64,000 bases of DNA from Phoronis australis (lineage: Eukaryota > Animalia > Phoronida): NCBI GenBank assembly GCA_002633005.1, contig NMRA01000037.1, forward strand, positions 1-64,000, given 5' to 3'. Position numbers and translations under genes: made by a program. Numbering within the stretch: the stretch's first letter is position 1; each line of letters begins with the position of its first letter. The notes beneath the pieces were generated by a model that was not told the origin of the DNA, ran no database searches, and was given only the letters and a program-made list of their open reading frames with translations. Shown in pieces: positions 60,301 to 64,000 of the stretch.

Positions 60301-60396
60301 AGGGATGTAACTACGCTCTATGAAGACAGGTGGCGCTGCTCGGCGGGGTGTTTGACGGGGTGGAGCTGATACTTGCGGGGCGCCATCTCCAGTCAT
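51164..60396 (-). CDS. JHY: JHY homolog (junctional cadherin complex regulator / C11orf63-like ciliary protein), about 1104 aa; exons 60396-57733, 54056-53748, 53339-53202, 51367-51164
   Basis: All junctions are phase 0 with GT-AG sites. C-terminal motifs YKKYTVEDY..LGGLGP, Q.NYAKQV..EN, ALEYSKSVPKPK and L..LQERHxRDR match the conserved JHY C-terminal region as I recall it from vertebrate JHY (LGGLGP, QKEYAKQV, ALEYAKTIPKPK, LQNRHEREK). Confidence 0.88.
51870..52022. mobile_element. Small hAT-like MITE
   Basis: gcagatccagaggggggtcaagggg ... cctagatccgccactg (reverse complement CAGTGGCGGATCTAGG). Confidence 0.6.
52826..53022. mobile_element. Degenerate relative of the 5975-6234 MITE family
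   Basis: ctgtttcatatgaaaagtgacttaagactt ... ttcatgaaacaggccc. Confidence 0.55.
53202..53339 (-). CDS. JHY: JHY exon (AEKRKRQLNYAKQVAIENR...MNRRKV)
   Basis: Acceptor gcgtttcag, donor GTG|gtaagg, 138 nt. Confidence 0.9.
53577..53724. repeat. Short imperfect palindrome in a JHY intron
   Basis: gtgaccaacaaactt..cgactggaacattgacca pairs with tggtcaatttcaagtcg..aatttgatggtcac. Confidence 0.5.
53748..54056 (-). CDS. JHY: JHY exon (SNDEEERY...LGGLGPALDEDTWKEK)
   Basis: Acceptor ttttctttcttcag, donor AAG|gtaccg, 309 nt. Confidence 0.9.
54601..55015 (+). mobile_element. TTAA-flanked (Kolobok-like) non-autonomous element, copy 2
   Basis: ttaa|AGACTA ... TAGGCT|ttaa; shares agtaaatttRgttcctacagtatgt and taaaataacaaaattc with copy 1. 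Confidence 0.7.
57733..60396 (-). CDS. JHY: JHY large first coding exon (888 codons; acidic, then Q/P/Y/G-rich, then basic)
   Basis: Part of the 959-aa ORF. Acceptor ttctttacttccag just before 60412, ATG at 60396, donor GAG|gtgagt at 57733/57732. Confidence 0.87.
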
Positions 60397-61734
60397 GGGA
60401 ACACACCAGTATCTGGAAGTAAAGAATAATTTATATTATCTACATACCAACAATAGAAAATGCATACATGTAGGATGTTTTTATGCATGTACACCGGAAA
60501 TTGTGGAATGTTTACATGAATCAACATCTAACAAACCCTTACCTCATTTATCACAAAACTCACATGAAATAAAACTCACTGGCCTGGTTGTCTTTTGCTT
60601 TTATTTCAATCCTGACATATTCCAACCTAATTCAATGTACCATTAAAAATAATCAACCTTTCAATTAATCATAATTGTCAACAATTCATGATGACAATTA
60701 AGGTATGTTGTTGGCTAATGCACACATACATAAAGTAAGTAAGTAAAGTTGTGAAACGATCTTATGTGTCGGCTTTCAGTGCCATGAAATATAGTATCAC
60801 CTATTGGCCATTTACTAGTTTCGCTGATTCTTTCGTCAACAGTTACTCTTCAACGAGATTGCGTACATGTCACAACAAATTATTGGAATTCATTAGTTTT
60901 TTTCACAACAAATTTTTAGTATTTTAATACCAGAAAACCATCTCTTCATGAGAGATGTCGCAAAAATTTTGGAAATGGCGTGTTCGTGGGTCACGAGCGC
61001 ACTGTTTTTGAGACGATAGGCGGAGAATTAATTACCAACAGAATGACGTTTACTAGATTGTTTTTCATTTTAACAGCTTCAACAGGCAAGGTGATAGTCG
61101 GTTGACTCCCAGACTTTGCATTCATCCCCACCTGTTATTAGCACAACAGGTTGATATATAAGTTTCACAACGAGGTGACGAGCAGAACTTCCCGGGCTGT
61201 GCGAAATTTTGGGGTCTAACGGAATTTAAAACACAGTGGTACTTAGCTGTATTCTGATGGTAGTCTTCATAAAGCTAAATGGCTGGCTACAGTCCAGGAA
61301 AACATTTCCTAAATAACATGATAAACATTTTTGCAGAATAACAAACAAAATTTTACAAAAAAGTGCTGGCCTGGGGTGACTTAGTCAGTCAAGTAGTGCT
61401 TGTTGAAGTGTGTACACTTCCCGGAGTAGGCTGGCAGGCCTACCTACACTCCTGCGTTGTCCCAGACACGGTTCTGAACCGATAATATTCAGTCTCATGC
61501 CGTCAGTCGCCACGTTAGGTAGGCTTTAATCAGCCGCTCGTATAACACTATAATAAATATATTTTAGTACGTAACGGCGACCAGTGACAGTGTCAGTGAT
61601 GCAGATGGGAGTGCGTGAGCATGGACCAGACTTTTCAAATTGTGGGCACCTAATGACAATAAATCCCGATAACCAAAGTAATTTGAACCATTAGTCTCTA
61701 CTTCTTTCAAAACCCACTTACGAATTGTACTTAC

Positions 61735-61870
61735 CAGCTTCGTCACGTATTAACAAACAACTGTTTACTTTACTTCTTCGCTTTTTGTCAACATGAAATT
61801 TTTCAATATGGCAGCAGCTATCCCAGAATCCTCAGTATTTGGCTGTTACCATAGAAATGACCTAGATTGT
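61735..61870 (-). promoter_or_regulatory. Candidate JHY promoter and non-coding first exon
   Basis: Strong minus-strand donor CTG|GTAAGT at 61735/61734; forkhead-like TGTTTAC at 61762-61768; X-box-like GTTACCATAGAAAT at 61845-61858; TCCCAGAATC motif; CpG-richer neighbourhood. The 16 nt between the acceptor (60412) and the ATG require an upstream exon. Confidence 0.5.
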
Positions 61871-64000
61871 GCAGTAGCTGAAAATTGCGCTTTTTGCCTG
61901 AATACATTAATTAATTTCCATCGTAAAAATTGTAAAACGCTCCATTGCTAAAATTGTGAAAGGCGAACATCATATGTCAGGATTTAGGGTACAACTGCTT
62001 AGTTCAGCTCATTTACTACTGTCTCAAACGAAACGTTCTCCATACTGCCGATACTCGGATTATACGCCGAAAGGCGGCAGCACACACAGGGTACCTTCAA
62101 CCGCGCGGGATCAGTCCGGCAAACCAAAGAGTGTAGTCTATGTACACTCCTTGGCCAAACTGCAGTATCAACCGCGTTAAGTTACAAGCACAGGTATGTG
62201 AATTACACGAACGCAGTGTCTCACAGCATTTATAAATTAATAAATGGATATTTATACAGTTCATATTTTCTGCAATTTAATTTCAAATTGATGGAATTTG
62301 TGTGCAGCCTTTTTCAGACAGGGTAAAATGAGCCAAAGAACTGCTTCTTCAAAAATACATGTACTTTGTGCAACATATATCTTTGTTTCATTTCATTCCG
62401 CACAACCACTAATTAATTATTACACTCCTATGCGCCCCTATTATGTGCCCCGCTTCGAAAACCCCGGCGTCTCATGATTTTCAGTTGGTCTTCACGGCAA
62501 CATCACAACTGATGTTCAAAAATCCGGCTTTACTTCTAAACTTTGCCAAACTTCCACATTTGGAAAGTTAGTCCAGATTCAAGACAAATTTTAAGTCATA
62601 CATGTAAGTCAAACTTGAGATATCTGTCTTGAATTGGGTTTGAAACAAATTTAACTTTTATTTTGAAATTTAGGCCTACTAAAATTTAAGATTTGTATTA
62701 GCTAAGTCACTTTTGTTGAGACGGGCCTCTGTCCTATATATGGCTATCTGGTTGATTTTATACAGATGTTAAAGCGAGAAACCGCCTTTCTTCGCAAAAA
62801 CGTGTTATACCACTTGGCGCTGACGAAGAACTTTGATATTGCATGTAATGATCTCAGAGGGATTTTCAGTGAAAAAACTGAGGTGTCAGCAGAGAGAATA
62901 ACCTAGTTGGCTTGTTACGGCGTAGTGACATTAATGCGTCACTTTGAAGCGAGGTCTCGAAAAATTACGAGTTGCCGCAAACCCAGAAATCACATCTCAA
63001 GTAGGAACAATGAGATAAACACTATAGCCATAACCACTAACTAATTAAGCCCCGTACCGCCGGATTCACCGGTAACCGGTTCGCCTTTCGTCCAACAGTG
63101 AAGGGTCTTTGGTGATTTTGAGCACTAAAAAAAATTTGGCCTGATATGTTCCTTACTTCACAAGACAAACAGCTTGTTTCCCGTGCCTATTCAAATGAGC
63201 CCCCCAATTTGGCGAATTTGGCAAAAAGGTCCGCCTCAGTGAAACACGAGACAAAAGTCCATAAAATCTACAGGAAGTCGGCGCGGATGCACAGTTCGTG
63301 GACCTGAACCTAGAGGCCCCCGTTTTTTTTAGTCCTCCGATCGTTGATTTCTTTTAGTAAAAGGTCCGCATACGGAAAAATTCGAGCCCCTATATTTTAA
63401 GCTGCGTGCGCGCATGGTATACTCTGATGAGATTGAACCCGTGACCAGAGTTTTAATTGGCCTGTTCAAAAACTACCGACACTGGGTCAGCCGGTATTTA
63501 CAGACCGTTACGTGTCTACCATTTTCTCGGGGTATAAAATGGCACACCATTTCAAGTCAGCTTGTTCAACTGAGCGAGGATTTGACCAGTTGCTTAAATC
63601 AGCTTGGTTTTTCTGCCCCAAAGCGGATTTGTATATAGCTGCTTGACTACAGATATTCTAATTGATAAACGTCAATCTTGCGACAGAATAAATGTGTGCC
63701 AAGTTTAAGTCACTACTGCCATTTCAAGACCCGTGTTCTTTCCGCCTTCATCATTGGATGACTTTTCTTTAATTTCGATACTAATCTTTTCTAAATGTTA
63801 TTTTTCCTGACCATCAGATAATGCTTGATGTACGTGTGAGAAACTGTTGTCTGCGCGTTTGCAATTAACTAATCATGTTTTCGTTTCTACGATCTCAGAA
63901 CGAAATGACGTGGCGCGAGAAAACTTTCGCACGACAGTTTTGTATGTTACAGAAGTACAGCTTTTACAAGGCACTAAACAGTTCTAGCCCAACGAATTGC

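Noticed and set aside
61808-61951. 47-aa Cys-rich small ORF (MAAAIPES...)
   Set aside because: It overlaps promoter-type motifs, is AT-rich and has no recognisable domain.

Overview
AT-rich, intron-rich animal genomic DNA from a draft assembly (one single N at 13389 and a 60-N gap at 36897-36956), probably a marine invertebrate. The taxon is inferred and cannot be read from the sequence. The window holds two convergent spliced genes. (1) On the + strand, a SIK3/QSK-type salt-inducible kinase: 15 coding exons from 25364 to 43079 splice at GT-AG sites into 3453 nt (1150 aa + stop). No exon with the start codon and G-loop was found, so it probably lies upstream and 1-25363 is probably part of a very large first intron. 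The protein has a kinase domain, a UBA region, a duplicated PKA/14-3-3 regulatory module and a complete MARK-like KA1 domain at the C-terminus. (2) On the - strand, a JHY homolog (motile-cilia protein): 4 coding exons from 60396 to 51164, about 1104 aa, with a long low-complexity N-terminal exon and a candidate RFX/forkhead promoter near 61.7-61.9 kb. The rest is non-autonomous DNA transposons (TA-, CWG- and TTAA-flanked), a tRNA-derived SINE family, minisatellites and a probably artefactual 740-bp duplication. I found no prokaryotic-type systems (CRISPR etc.) and no clearly new multi-gene system. The most interesting signals lie within the SIK3 protein and its regulatory context.
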